Virus record (IMG/VR): IMGVR_UViG_3300031800_000537
Location: 1 to 53,326 of that record
DNA from: a virus
Lineage: Duplodnaviria; Caudoviricetes
DNA length: 53,326 nt
Strand: one strand, 5' to 3'
The position numbers were made by a program, and so were the translations under genes. The notes below the pieces were generated by a model, which was given only the letters and a program-made list of their open reading frames with translations, was not told where the DNA came from and made no database searches. Below, in pieces: positions 27,328 to 36,013 of this stretch (position 1 is the first letter of the stretch; each line of letters opens with the position of its first letter).

Positions 27328-28330
27328 GACAGGACTACTCTTAGGTGAAGAGGTAGCAGGGGTTAATCAAATTCTACCTCACAAACACAAGTTTGCGTGG
27401 GACTTGTTCCTCAAAGGCACGGCTAACAACTGGTCTCCAGCGGAGATCAACATGAGTGAGGACGTAGACCAATGGAAAAGCGGTATGCTCACTAATGACG
27501 AAAAACTCTTAGTCAAGCGCTGCTTGGGCTTCTTTGCGGGATCCGAGTCTCTAGTTGCTAACAATCTTTTGCTTACTGTTAATCGATGGATAACAGATGC
27601 AGAATGTAGGCAGTATATTTTAAGGCAAGCCTACGAAGAGTCCTTGCACAACTGGACAGTCGTTACATGCTGCGATAGTTTTAGTCTTAGAGTCGCCGAA
27701 GTTTATGAAGCATACCTAAACATACCATCCATAAAGGCTAAGGATGATTTTCTAATGGAGATTACCACAGATGTTAACCGCCCAGACTTTTCCACAAAAA
27801 CCGTAGAAGGTAAAAGGGAATTCCTTAGGAATCTTGTCACGTTCTACATCGTATGCGAGGGGACATTCTTTTTTAGTGGCTTTGCCATGCTTCTCGCGCT
27901 AGGCAGACAGAACAAGCTGCCGGGGTTGTCTGACCAGATTCGCTACACACTCCGCGATGAGAGCCTACACATCCAATTTGGGACATATTTAATTAATACC
28001 ATAAAAGAACAGTACCCCACGGTATGGACTAAAAAGTTCGAAGCAGAGACCGTTGAACACGTCAAAAAAGCTATCGAACTTGAGGTGCGGTACGTCCACG
28101 ACGTATTACCCCGTGGCATACTGGGGCTGAACGCTGATATGTTTGTTGAATACATGGAATACATCGGGAATAGGCGACTCGAAGGCATAGGTATTGATTA
28201 CCGCTTTCAGGGAGACAGCAACCCATTCCCTTGGCTATCCGAAGTAGTAGACACTCAAGCAATGACCAATTTCTTTGAAAGAAAAGTTAAAGACTATCAA
28301 AGCTCCGGTTCTCTCGTAGACGATTTCTAA
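27311..28330 (+). CDS. nrdB: ribonucleotide reductase beta subunit, class Ic (R2c)-type residues
   Basis: Ligands E79, E110/H113, E183, E217/H220; Val117 at the radical-Tyr position; NFFE...Y tail. Confidence 0.95.
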   Translation: MAGSSKTGLLLGEEVAGVNQILPHKHKFAWDLFLKGTANNWSPAEINMSEDVDQWKSGMLTNDEKLLVKRCLGFFAGSESLVANNLLLTVNRWITDAECRQYILRQAYEESLHNWTVVTCCDSFSLRVAEVYEAYLNIPSIKAKDDFLMEITTDVNRPDFSTKTVEGKREFLRNLVTFYIVCEGTFFFSGFAMLLALGRQNKLPGLSDQIRYTLRDESLHIQFGTYLINTIKEQYPTVWTKKFEAETVEHVKKAIELEVRYVHDVLPRGILGLNADMFVEYMEYIGNRRLEGIGIDYRFQGDSNPFPWLSEVVDTQAMTNFFERKVKDYQSSGSLVDDF

Positions 28331-28347
28331 TTTTTTTGAAACAAATA

Positions 28348-28545
28348 ATGAAACCACTAGCAATAGTAACAGTAGGGATGCTCCTTTTTGCAGCATCAGG
28401 TTGTTCGAGTACAGTAACCCTTGGCCCGAAGGCTAACGAGAACGAGGTTCTCGGAGCCACGGCTGGCACAGGCGGCGTGAGTTTAACGCTCCCGCTTATC
28501 AGGGGGGAGGTGACTCCTACGACACCCACAGAAACTAAGAAGTAA
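28348..28545 (+). CDS. small lipoprotein
   Basis: MKPLAIVTVGMLLFAASGC lipobox-like signal. Confidence 0.65.
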   Translation: MKPLAIVTVGMLLFAASGCSSTVTLGPKANENEVLGATAGTGGVSLTLPLIRGEVTPTTPTETKK

Positions 28546-28564
28546 CAAAAAGTTGCTCCACCAC

Positions 28565-28596
28565 CCCGCTTTTTTTTTAAAGCGGGTCTTTTTTTT
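28565..28596 (+). terminator. intrinsic terminator
   Basis: CCCGCTTT/AAAGCGGG stem followed by T8. Confidence 0.75.
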
Positions 28597-28610
28597 GTGT
28601 AAATAAGGGT
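28597..28610 (+). promoter_or_regulatory. GTGTAA-N8-ATG motif (candidate phage-specific promoter)
   Basis: Same motif and spacing at 7782, 10369, 11228, 12529 and 29974 on the minus strand. Confidence 0.65.
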
Positions 28611-28895
28611 ATGGACTACCAAATTCTTGTTAATATATCGGTGGGCGTGGTCACGCTTATGGGCGGATGGGTTTTCAAGATGATTCTTGGCACCTTAAAT
28701 GAAATTAAAGCAGAGCACCACGACCTGATGAAAAGCCACCATTCTGACATCGACAAACTAAGAGAAAAGCACAACAACCTAGCCCTTTCTCTCGGTAAGG
28801 AATACGTTAGCAAAGAAGACTTTAAGATGTTCTCTGAGAGAATGAACGACAGATTTGATCGTCTGGAAGAAAAGATAGATGGCCTTAACAGATAA
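28611..28895 (+). CDS. single-TM coiled-coil protein (holin-like architecture)
   Basis: N-terminal TM, then YVSKEDF...FDRLEEKID. Confidence 0.6.
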   Translation: MDYQILVNISVGVVTLMGGWVFKMILGTLNEIKAEHHDLMKSHHSDIDKLREKHNNLALSLGKEYVSKEDFKMFSERMNDRFDRLEEKIDGLNR

Positions 28896-28899
28896 ACCT

Positions 28900-29001
28900 A
28901 TGTTTTGGAAGACCGCAAAACTCTACGCATTGATCTGGCTGATAGCGTTTGGCTTCGGGGTTTTTCTATCATGGGCATTCGTAACATTAGTTTCAAATTG
29001 A
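28900..29001 (+). CDS. putative 33-aa membrane peptide
   Basis: Hand-translated MFWKTAKLYALIWLIAFGFGVFLSWAFVTLVSN. Confidence 0.4.
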   Translation: MFWKTAKLYALIWLIAFGFGVFLSWAFVTLVSN

Positions 29002-29006
29002 AGCCC

Positions 29007-29357
29007 TCATGACTCAAAAGATTTTCCGCAACCACAGGTAGTCTTGGCCTTTGGGTTTGTTACCTTGAAACCCCCGTCATTAAGATCATCCGAAAAATCC
29101 ACCACTGAACCACGGAGATGATCCGCACTAATTTTGTCCACCACAACGAACAACCCTTCGAAGTCAATCCTATGATCCCCTTCCCGTTCCTCGTCAAAAA
29201 CCAAACCATACTGCATTCCAGAACAGCCTCCTTGTTCTACGTATACCCTTAGCGCATTTTTAGCAGTATCTGCCTCGGATTCCAATAAGCGCCTTGCTTC
29301 GGTAAAAGCGGCTGGAGTTAAATCAATGCACTTTTTAACTGGAAGGGTCTCTCTCAT
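29007..29357 (-). CDS. A-type Fe-S cluster carrier (HesB/IscA/ErpA family)
   Basis: LRVYVEQGGCSGMQY, NPKAKTTCGCGKSF. Confidence 0.92.
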   Translation of the reverse strand: MRETLPVKKCIDLTPAAFTEARRLLESEADTAKNALRVYVEQGGCSGMQYGLVFDEEREGDHRIDFEGLFVVVDKISADHLRGSVVDFSDDLNDGGFKVTNPKAKTTCGCGKSFES

Positions 29358-29371
29358 GCTCTTATTAATTA

Positions 29372-29383
29372 TATATCGTCCAC
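29372..29383. repeat. TATATCGTCCAC motif copy
   Basis: Exact 12-mer, intergenic, adjacent to TATAAT on the minus strand. Confidence 0.75.
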
Positions 29384-29394
29384 CTATTACTTTT

Positions 29395-29628
29395 CTACTC
29401 TTTTTTTCCCCAGTCAGTCCTATTCCACATCCTTTCATGGAAGTAGTAGAGGAACATCTTGGTTAGTATTTCTACCCCAGCTATGGCGGTGGCCCAGCTT
29501 AACTTCCCAGTTATAAGCCAAGAGATAATAAACGTATCCATTGTCGCAGTGACCCTCCAAGTCAAGGCCTTAAATAGTGACCTTCTACTCGAGTCTTCCT
29601 GAGTCGGTAATTTTAATTTGAACTTCAT
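29395..29628 (-). CDS. DUF2061 membrane protein
   Basis: RSLFKALTWR...SWLITG...YYFHERMW. Confidence 0.8.
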   Translation of the reverse strand: MKFKLKLPTQEDSSRRSLFKALTWRVTATMDTFIISWLITGKLSWATAIAGVEILTKMFLYYFHERMWNRTDWGKKE

Positions 29629-29960
29629 GGCTCGCCCCCCTTTACTTGTGTTATGTCTCGGACTAAGGCGAGAGTGTTCTCGCACCTAATACCTTTTGTT
29701 ATTATCGTATTTGAGTAATTAAAACCCGTGTCTAGCCTCAAGCCTTCTTCTTGATTCTCTGTTATAAAATCGTCTACAAAATCAAACCATCCATGTTGCT
29801 TGAGATATTTCCAATAAAAATCTATTGCTTTTTTTTCTGTTTCGAGTAATATACTATATTGTAGCTGTGTCTTTGCAACTAGCGTCAAGTACCGAAAGTA
29901 AAGCCCCTCAGAGAGGGGTTCACACGACAGTGGTGATACGATTATTAGGTTCGAATTCAT
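29625..29960 (-). CDS. hypothetical protein
   Basis: Start moved to MNSNL (GTGTAA-N8-ATG). Confidence 0.55.
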   Translation of the reverse strand: MNSNLIIVSPLSCEPLSEGLYFRYLTLVAKTQLQYSILLETEKKAIDFYWKYLKQHGWFDFVDDFITENQEEGLRLDTGFNYSNTIITKGIRCENTLALVRDITQVKGGEP

Positions 29961-30015
29961 AGTTATAATTACACATATTGTTTTGATTTTTTTGCGAAAT
30001 TGCATATTATAAGGT

Positions 30016-30777
30016 ATGAAGCCCAAAGTTTCTCTGTATACGTCCCTATTTAAGGGGGCAAAGCACCTAAAAGGGTTCCTAGAAGACGTCGAAAGACAGA
30101 CCATCTTCAAGGAGTGCGAGCTAGTTATAATCAACGCAAATTCCCCAGAAAGAGAAGAGGAAGAGGCTATCCTTAAGCCCTACCTACACAAACATAGAGG
30201 CCACGGCAACGGTCTCATCAAGTACTCAGTCCTTGATAGCGACCCCGGAGTTTACGCCGTTTGGAACAAGTGCATCAAGGAGTGCTCCTCAGATCTCATT
30301 TCAAATGCGAATGTGGACGACAGAAAGCACCCAGAACACCTAGAAATGCACTATCAAGGCCTAAAGGATAACCCAGACATAGACTTAACGTATGCGGAGG
30401 TAGCCGTTACATACAAGGCCAACGAAACCATGGAAAAAAACAGTGTCGTGTTGATACAGAACTTTCCAGAGTATTCGTTTATAAATTTAATAAAATATAA
30501 CATGCCACATAATAATCCAGTGTGGAGGAAATCCATTCACGAAAAACATGGATACTTTAGGGAGGACATGATTTCCGCAGCGGACTTTGACATGTGGCTA
30601 AGGGCAGCGTCAAACGGAAGTAAATTTAAAAAGGTAAGCGGAGTGCTTAGTCTATATTATAAGAACCCAGAGGGCGTTTCAACCAAGGGAGAGACCTTGA
30701 GCGAAGCAATAGAAGAGGTCAATAAACTAAGGGAAGAGTATTCTCACAAGATAGACTACAGAGAATTAAGGCTATGA
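30016..30777 (+). CDS. GT2 family glycosyltransferase
   Basis: PKVSLYTS, ELVIIN, YAVWN, NVDD, DFDMWLR. Confidence 0.85.
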   Translation: MKPKVSLYTSLFKGAKHLKGFLEDVERQTIFKECELVIINANSPEREEEEAILKPYLHKHRGHGNGLIKYSVLDSDPGVYAVWNKCIKECSSDLISNANVDDRKHPEHLEMHYQGLKDNPDIDLTYAEVAVTYKANETMEKNSVVLIQNFPEYSFINLIKYNMPHNNPVWRKSIHEKHGYFREDMISAADFDMWLRAASNGSKFKKVSGVLSLYYKNPEGVSTKGETLSEAIEEVNKLREEYSHKIDYRELRL

Positions 30778-31613
30778 TAATCCCAGTTTGCACAGTAGTT
30801 ACAGAAAATTGTTACACTGAATTCTTATTGTTCAGGACATCCATAGAAGCATTTCACGACTGCGAATGGTTCATATCGTGTGACCCGTGGGTCAAGGAAC
30901 AACTTGAGGAAAGCGAAAAAGTCCATGCGCATTGCCTAATAGAGTCCGACAACTGCGATCACGTAATAAACGACGAGGAGCAGAACAAAAACTTTACGAA
31001 GCTAATCTTGACCAAATTCGACATATGCAACGAGGGACTAAAGCATCACCCATTCGTTCTCCTCATTGATGATGATATGATTTTTACAAATCCCATTGAC
31101 GACGTGATCCTAGAGCTACTTAGTAATAAAGTGGTCGATGCCTGCGTTACGCCTCACATGACAGATGGGTATGGCGACGAAAAAGTAACCGGGTACTTTA
31201 ATTGTGGCATGGTTTTTATATCCAACCCACAGTTTATCGAACACTGGGCCACCTTGACAGCTAACCACGATCAGCTTGGCTTATATTACGAGCAAAAGCC
31301 CCTAGAACTAATCCTTAAGTCTTTCGTTACGATTAACCTACCCCTTAACTACAACATCGGATGGTGGAGATTCCTTACTCCACAAACTCAAAAGAGGCTT
31401 GACCTCTTCAACATAAAGGATCAAAGTCTATATTTTGGCAGGAGACCGGCGATTAATTTTCACGTGCACACGCTCAAAAATCTAAAATACCATAACCAAG
31501 GACAGTTCCTTAAGGATCTTTTGTTCGACTCACTCCCTCAATGCTTCAACCCAGCTTACAGAAAAATAATAGAAAAATACGAGGAACTTAATAATGAAAA
31601 TATACAAAGCTAG
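30774..31613 (+). CDS. GT-A glycosyltransferase (GT8-like)
   Basis: IDDDM, FNCGMVF, EQ, NYN. Confidence 0.7.
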   Translation: MIIPVCTVVTENCYTEFLLFRTSIEAFHDCEWFISCDPWVKEQLEESEKVHAHCLIESDNCDHVINDEEQNKNFTKLILTKFDICNEGLKHHPFVLLIDDDMIFTNPIDDVILELLSNKVVDACVTPHMTDGYGDEKVTGYFNCGMVFISNPQFIEHWATLTANHDQLGLYYEQKPLELILKSFVTINLPLNYNIGWWRFLTPQTQKRLDLFNIKDQSLYFGRRPAINFHVHTLKNLKYHNQGQFLKDLLFDSLPQCFNPAYRKIIEKYEELNNENIQS

Positions 31614-32415
31614 AACAGCTTGGACAGACTCCTTCCCCGAACTGCTATCCATGTGGGAAGAAAAAGGGTGGGTTGAGGTAATACAGACAGAAAATAGATG
31701 TACTTGGGTAGAAAACGAAGGAGACATACTTCTCTATGAGCACGACACCCTCGGCCAGCTTCCAATGGACTGGAACTATGGTCTTTTTGCTACTTCAGTT
31801 CATCACGGGTCTAAAAGCAGCCCATGGATACTCTGGCCTAGACACCCAAGAAATCTAGAACTCCTACTCGAAGAAGAAGGGGTACTCAATCACAACCAGA
31901 AGGACATAGAGTCTATTTTTCTAGGTAAAGTAGAAAACCCAATTCAGAAAGAGAGAAGGACCGCCCACGACTGGAGTAGATGCGTCGAAGAATTCTCAAT
32001 GCCTGTCGAGCTCGGTATATCTGGGAACTATAAACTACCAAACATGGACTACCTTAAGAGAATAAGGAGAGCCAAGTTCGGCCTGTGTCTTCCCGGCTAT
32101 GGGTCCAAGTGTCAAAGAGAAGTAGAACTTATGGGAGTAGGCACAGTTCCCATTATAACGAAAGGGGTTGACACCACATATTTCCGGACCCTCATAGAGG
32201 GGGTACATTATCTTTACGCGGAAAATCCAGATCATGTTAAGAAAATAATAGATAGCTGCTCCGTGCAAAAATGGAAACAGATGCAAGCTAACTGTCTAGA
32301 CTGGTACATGCATAGCTGCTCGAGAGAGGGGTCTCTTGAAACAACCCAACTAATAATCATGAGATATCTGAACGAAAGCGGTAGGAGCTCAGAAATAGCC
32401 TTTGATGATGAGTAA
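31594..32415 (+). CDS. exostosin (GT47)-like glycosyltransferase
   Basis: AKFGLCLPGYG...REVE...GTVPII. Confidence 0.65.
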   Translation: MKIYKARTAWTDSFPELLSMWEEKGWVEVIQTENRCTWVENEGDILLYEHDTLGQLPMDWNYGLFATSVHHGSKSSPWILWPRHPRNLELLLEEEGVLNHNQKDIESIFLGKVENPIQKERRTAHDWSRCVEEFSMPVELGISGNYKLPNMDYLKRIRRAKFGLCLPGYGSKCQREVELMGVGTVPIITKGVDTTYFRTLIEGVHYLYAENPDHVKKIIDSCSVQKWKQMQANCLDWYMHSCSREGSLETTQLIIMRYLNESGRSSEIAFDDE

Positions 32416-33319
32416 GATTAAACCACGACACGAGAGCCCGGCGGAAGAGTATAAAAATAAATGCTTAAGCTCCGAAGAACTAAACATCGAGCTTAAAGCT
32501 CTTGTGCTTAACGGCACCCCAACCAGCGCCGCTAAGATGGGCATGGTCGAAGCGATGTCTGTTTACCACTACCTACTTCGCAAAGAAAAAGGACACAAGA
32601 CTGAATATCATGGCATAGGGCAGCTTATGTTCGTTAACGCTGGGATTTTCCCACCAACGGTTGAGTCGTTTGATCAGTTCAATGAGACCTACCTCTCCTA
32701 CTTCTCCGATCTAGATTTATTTGGAATGTGGATATGGGGCCCAGAACCCTGCGGGGAATACGAGAAATTAGTGTACGACGAATACACAAAGGATGCATCC
32801 CTGTGTTTCGGAGGGGACTGGATGCCCTTCTTCCGCGAAAAGCCTTGGACGGCAGAACTAAAAGGCAAAAGAGTGCTTGTTATAAGCCCGTTTGCAAACA
32901 CCATAACCAAACAATATGAAAAGCGTGAAAAAATTTGGGAGAGCAACCCAGACATACTACCATCCTTCGATCTTAAAACTATAAAATGTCCGCTCTCAGC
33001 AGGGATAAGTGATTCACCATTCACAGACTGGACAGAAGGTCTTCACGCCATGGAAGACATAATGGATAAAACAGATTTCGATGTATGCTTTGTCGGTGCT
33101 GGAGCATGGGGCCTACCTCTAGCTGTTCACGCTAGAAGGCTAGGCAAAATAGGAATCCATGGGGGGGGAGACACCCAACTCTTGTTCGGCATAAAAGGAA
33201 AAAGATGGGACGACAACCCAGACATAAGCGACAAGCTATACAACGAGCACTGGGTTAGGCCATCCCGAAATGAAACCCCAACAAACAGAAAGTTTATTGA
33301 AGATGGATGCTACTGGTAA
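32402..33319 (+). CDS. polysaccharide-locus protein, possible GT-D fold
   Basis: GKRVLVISPF, GAGAWGLPL, IHGGG.TQLLFGIKGKRW. Confidence 0.6.
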   Translation: MMMSKIKPRHESPAEEYKNKCLSSEELNIELKALVLNGTPTSAAKMGMVEAMSVYHYLLRKEKGHKTEYHGIGQLMFVNAGIFPPTVESFDQFNETYLSYFSDLDLFGMWIWGPEPCGEYEKLVYDEYTKDASLCFGGDWMPFFREKPWTAELKGKRVLVISPFANTITKQYEKREKIWESNPDILPSFDLKTIKCPLSAGISDSPFTDWTEGLHAMEDIMDKTDFDVCFVGAGAWGLPLAVHARRLGKIGIHGGGDTQLLFGIKGKRWDDNPDISDKLYNEHWVRPSRNETPTNRKFIEDGCYW

Positions 33320-33623
33320 AACGCTAGAGGAAAAAGTAAAAGAACTAGAAAAACTACGAGGGAAGCTGGAGAGAGAGCGGAAGAAAGACCTCGCAGAAAA
33401 AGAAAAATTTTACGAAGGCCAAATGGACGTGCTCTCAAAACTTCAAGTCGGCCCAGAAGAGCAAGCAAAAGTGCAAGAACAAATGGACGGCATAAGGGTT
33501 CAGCAAGTAGAAGATCATAATAATATAATAAGAAACAGCGAAATTAAAATTAACTCCGTTTACGCTCAAATAAATTTACTAACTGAATTCATCTCCGACG
33601 GATATAAACTAGAGAAAAAATGA
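33303..33623 (+). CDS. coiled-coil hypothetical protein
   Basis: E/K/Q-rich heptads. Confidence 0.55.
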   Translation: MDATGKTLEEKVKELEKLRGKLERERKKDLAEKEKFYEGQMDVLSKLQVGPEEQAKVQEQMDGIRVQQVEDHNNIIRNSEIKINSVYAQINLLTEFISDGYKLEKK

Positions 33624-34393
33624 AAAAAATATTTTTAGTAATAGCAGACTATAAAGACGAAAAGCAAGACCTTTTCGAGAACAAGATCTCCCCAATAAAC
33701 GAAGCATACTGCCTCAAGCATGGGTTCGAGTACATGTTCGTAAAAAAGGACACTCCCCCCATGATAAGAGATAACCCTACTTGGTGGAAGTTTACCATAC
33801 TTCAGGAGCTCTTAGATAAAAACCAGCTAAATGACGGCGACGTTTTCACCCATCTAGACGCGGACATGGTCATAGTCGACGACAGCACGTCGTACCAGAC
33901 CAGCAAGTCCTTTTCCTACTCGATAGACAATGGAAACAGCCATTGCATGGGCAACTACACAATGACCATAAACGACTGGTCGAGGAAACTTGTAGAAAAC
34001 ATACTGAAAGACGAACAGCTTGAAAAAATGAACAACGATCCAGAGTGGAAGTCTTATTGGGCTACTGGCGGAGGAGTTATGAGAGAGCAGGGTGTCTGGT
34101 ATACCCTAGCTGGAGTTCAACCGCATAGCTGGGTTCCCTTCCCCGACTTGCCTAACTCCGGATTCCATTCGAAAACTACTCCCGAACCAGTCTACTCCCT
34201 AGAGGAGCTCGAAGAACACGTGGAAATCAGAGGTCCAGAATGGAACTGCACGCTTCTTGCCGAAGAAGCAGACGACTATATTAGTCAATCCTTACAAAAA
34301 TATAATATAGTTCGAAGTAAAAAGGAAGATATAATAATTAGGCATTTCGCTGGAGGCCAACGTTGGCGAGAAGAATATCTTAACAATGGATAA
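33620..34393 (+). CDS. GT34-like glycosyltransferase
   Basis: YCLKHGFEY, WWKF, LDADM, EQ, IRHFAG. Confidence 0.7.
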   Translation: MKKIFLVIADYKDEKQDLFENKISPINEAYCLKHGFEYMFVKKDTPPMIRDNPTWWKFTILQELLDKNQLNDGDVFTHLDADMVIVDDSTSYQTSKSFSYSIDNGNSHCMGNYTMTINDWSRKLVENILKDEQLEKMNNDPEWKSYWATGGGVMREQGVWYTLAGVQPHSWVPFPDLPNSGFHSKTTPEPVYSLEELEEHVEIRGPEWNCTLLAEEADDYISQSLQKYNIVRSKKEDIIIRHFAGGQRWREEYLNNG

Positions 34394-35303
34394 ACTAAGA
34401 ATAAATTTTGTAGACTTCTGGCCCAACTTTGAGAAACGTGATAATTATTTTTATCACCTACTCTCCACCGAGTTCGACGTGGTTATAGACGAAGAAGAGC
34501 CTGAAATTCTTTTCCACTCTTCCGATTATCTCAACGAACAAAACCACAAAAAATACGACGACGGGAGGGCTATAAAAGTTTACTACACTGGTGAAAACGA
34601 AAGACCGGACTTCAACGAAAGTCATTTTACTTTTACGTTTGATTATTCTGACGACCCAAGGAATTATAGGTTACCACTATGGCTTCTTCATCTAAATTGG
34701 TTTAACGTGCCCCACAATGAAGAGAGGGATCAATCCTATTTGCATTCTTTAGATCTTTTTCTAGACAAAAAGATAGACATAGACAAAATAAGAGAAACAA
34801 AAAAAGAATTTTGCACATTCATATCGTCTGTTGCTAAAGGTCGCCGAGTTGATTTTGTACCAAAACTACACAACGAATACAAGCCTATAGCATGCGCCGG
34901 CGGCTTGTTTAATAATGTACGCGGTAAACTTAATGGACGTGGAGATCAAAGGTGGAAAATAGAATTTTTAGATTTATTTAAATTCAACATAAGCTTCGAG
35001 CACACAAGACACCCCGGTTATGTTACAGAAAAAATAATTCACCCCATGTTTGCCAACACTATACCTATTTATTGGGGGAGTAGACGGGTAGAGGAGGAAT
35101 TTAACCCGAAGAGCTTTATTAATGGAAATAAATACCACAATGATGAAGAACTTATTGACGTCATAGCAAAGATAGACAGCGACGAAGATCTATATATATC
35201 AATGCTAAACGAACCTTGGTTCAACAACAATGAAATACCAGAGTACGCAAAGCCAGAAAACGTCATGAAATTTTTCAAGGAAAAAGTATTGGCATCCCTA
35301 TGA
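34386..35303 (+). CDS. alpha-1,3/4-fucosyltransferase (GT10)
   Basis: YTGEN, FKFNISFE...GYVTEKI...IPIYWG. Confidence 0.88.
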   Translation: MDKLRINFVDFWPNFEKRDNYFYHLLSTEFDVVIDEEEPEILFHSSDYLNEQNHKKYDDGRAIKVYYTGENERPDFNESHFTFTFDYSDDPRNYRLPLWLLHLNWFNVPHNEERDQSYLHSLDLFLDKKIDIDKIRETKKEFCTFISSVAKGRRVDFVPKLHNEYKPIACAGGLFNNVRGKLNGRGDQRWKIEFLDLFKFNISFEHTRHPGYVTEKIIHPMFANTIPIYWGSRRVEEEFNPKSFINGNKYHNDEELIDVIAKIDSDEDLYISMLNEPWFNNNEIPEYAKPENVMKFFKEKVLASL

Positions 35304-36013
35304 GGCTCAACGTAGACAAAATATTTTGCTGTCACCACCCCTCTGAATTTCTCAAGAGCAGGAAGGAAAAGTTAGTAAACTTTTTCAAAGAAAACGACAT
35401 AGACGTCGAGTGGGTTGAAGGCTTCCCTCCCGAAGAAGCCGAAAACTACGATTACAGCAGGTTAGTACACAGGACAATGACTAGAGGGCCAATGGAATGC
35501 AGAACCGACGCCGCAAAAGCCAAAGACCTTTCTCGTAAAGGCGTATCTCTCATATTAAAGCATAATTATTGCTACGAGCAACAAATTGAAAACAATTACA
35601 AAAACATATTGATACTAGAAGACGATGTAGATCTTTTCTCCGGCTTTTCTGAAGAATATTTTAATAAGTGCATGCGAGAATTCGAGGCCGCCGGTTTAGA
35701 AATGCTATACTTGGGCTCGTGCTGTGAGATGAAGCATCCGGAAACCAGACCAGATAAGTATGTTTACTACGACCATTGTACGAAACCACTTCCATCTAGA
35801 TGTACCCACTGCTACGTAGTCAGTACAGAAGGGGCCCGCAAAACACTAAAGCACTCCTTCGGTATGTTCGACTCTGTAGACTGGCAATTGAACTGGATAA
35901 TAGAAAAAGAAAAAATAAAAAATAGCTGGGCAGAGCCCAGCGTAAGACAGCTAAACCTTGGCTCATCTCTTAATTCAGAGGGAGACCTAGAAAACCTACA
36001 GGTAGATGAATAG
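35300..36013 (+). CDS. GT25-like glycosyltransferase
   Basis: LKH...ILILEDDV, LYLG, THCYVVS. Confidence 0.75.
   Translation: MRLNVDKIFCCHHPSEFLKSRKEKLVNFFKENDIDVEWVEGFPPEEAENYDYSRLVHRTMTRGPMECRTDAAKAKDLSRKGVSLILKHNYCYEQQIENNYKNILILEDDVDLFSGFSEEYFNKCMREFEAAGLEMLYLGSCCEMKHPETRPDKYVYYDHCTKPLPSRCTHCYVVSTEGARKTLKHSFGMFDSVDWQLNWIIEKEKIKNSWAEPSVRQLNLGSSLNSEGDLENLQVDE

Noticed and set aside
24701-28330. Intein or intron in nrdA/nrdB
   Set aside because: Both are of normal length with contiguous motifs; the 58-aa ORF between them has no homing-endonuclease motif.
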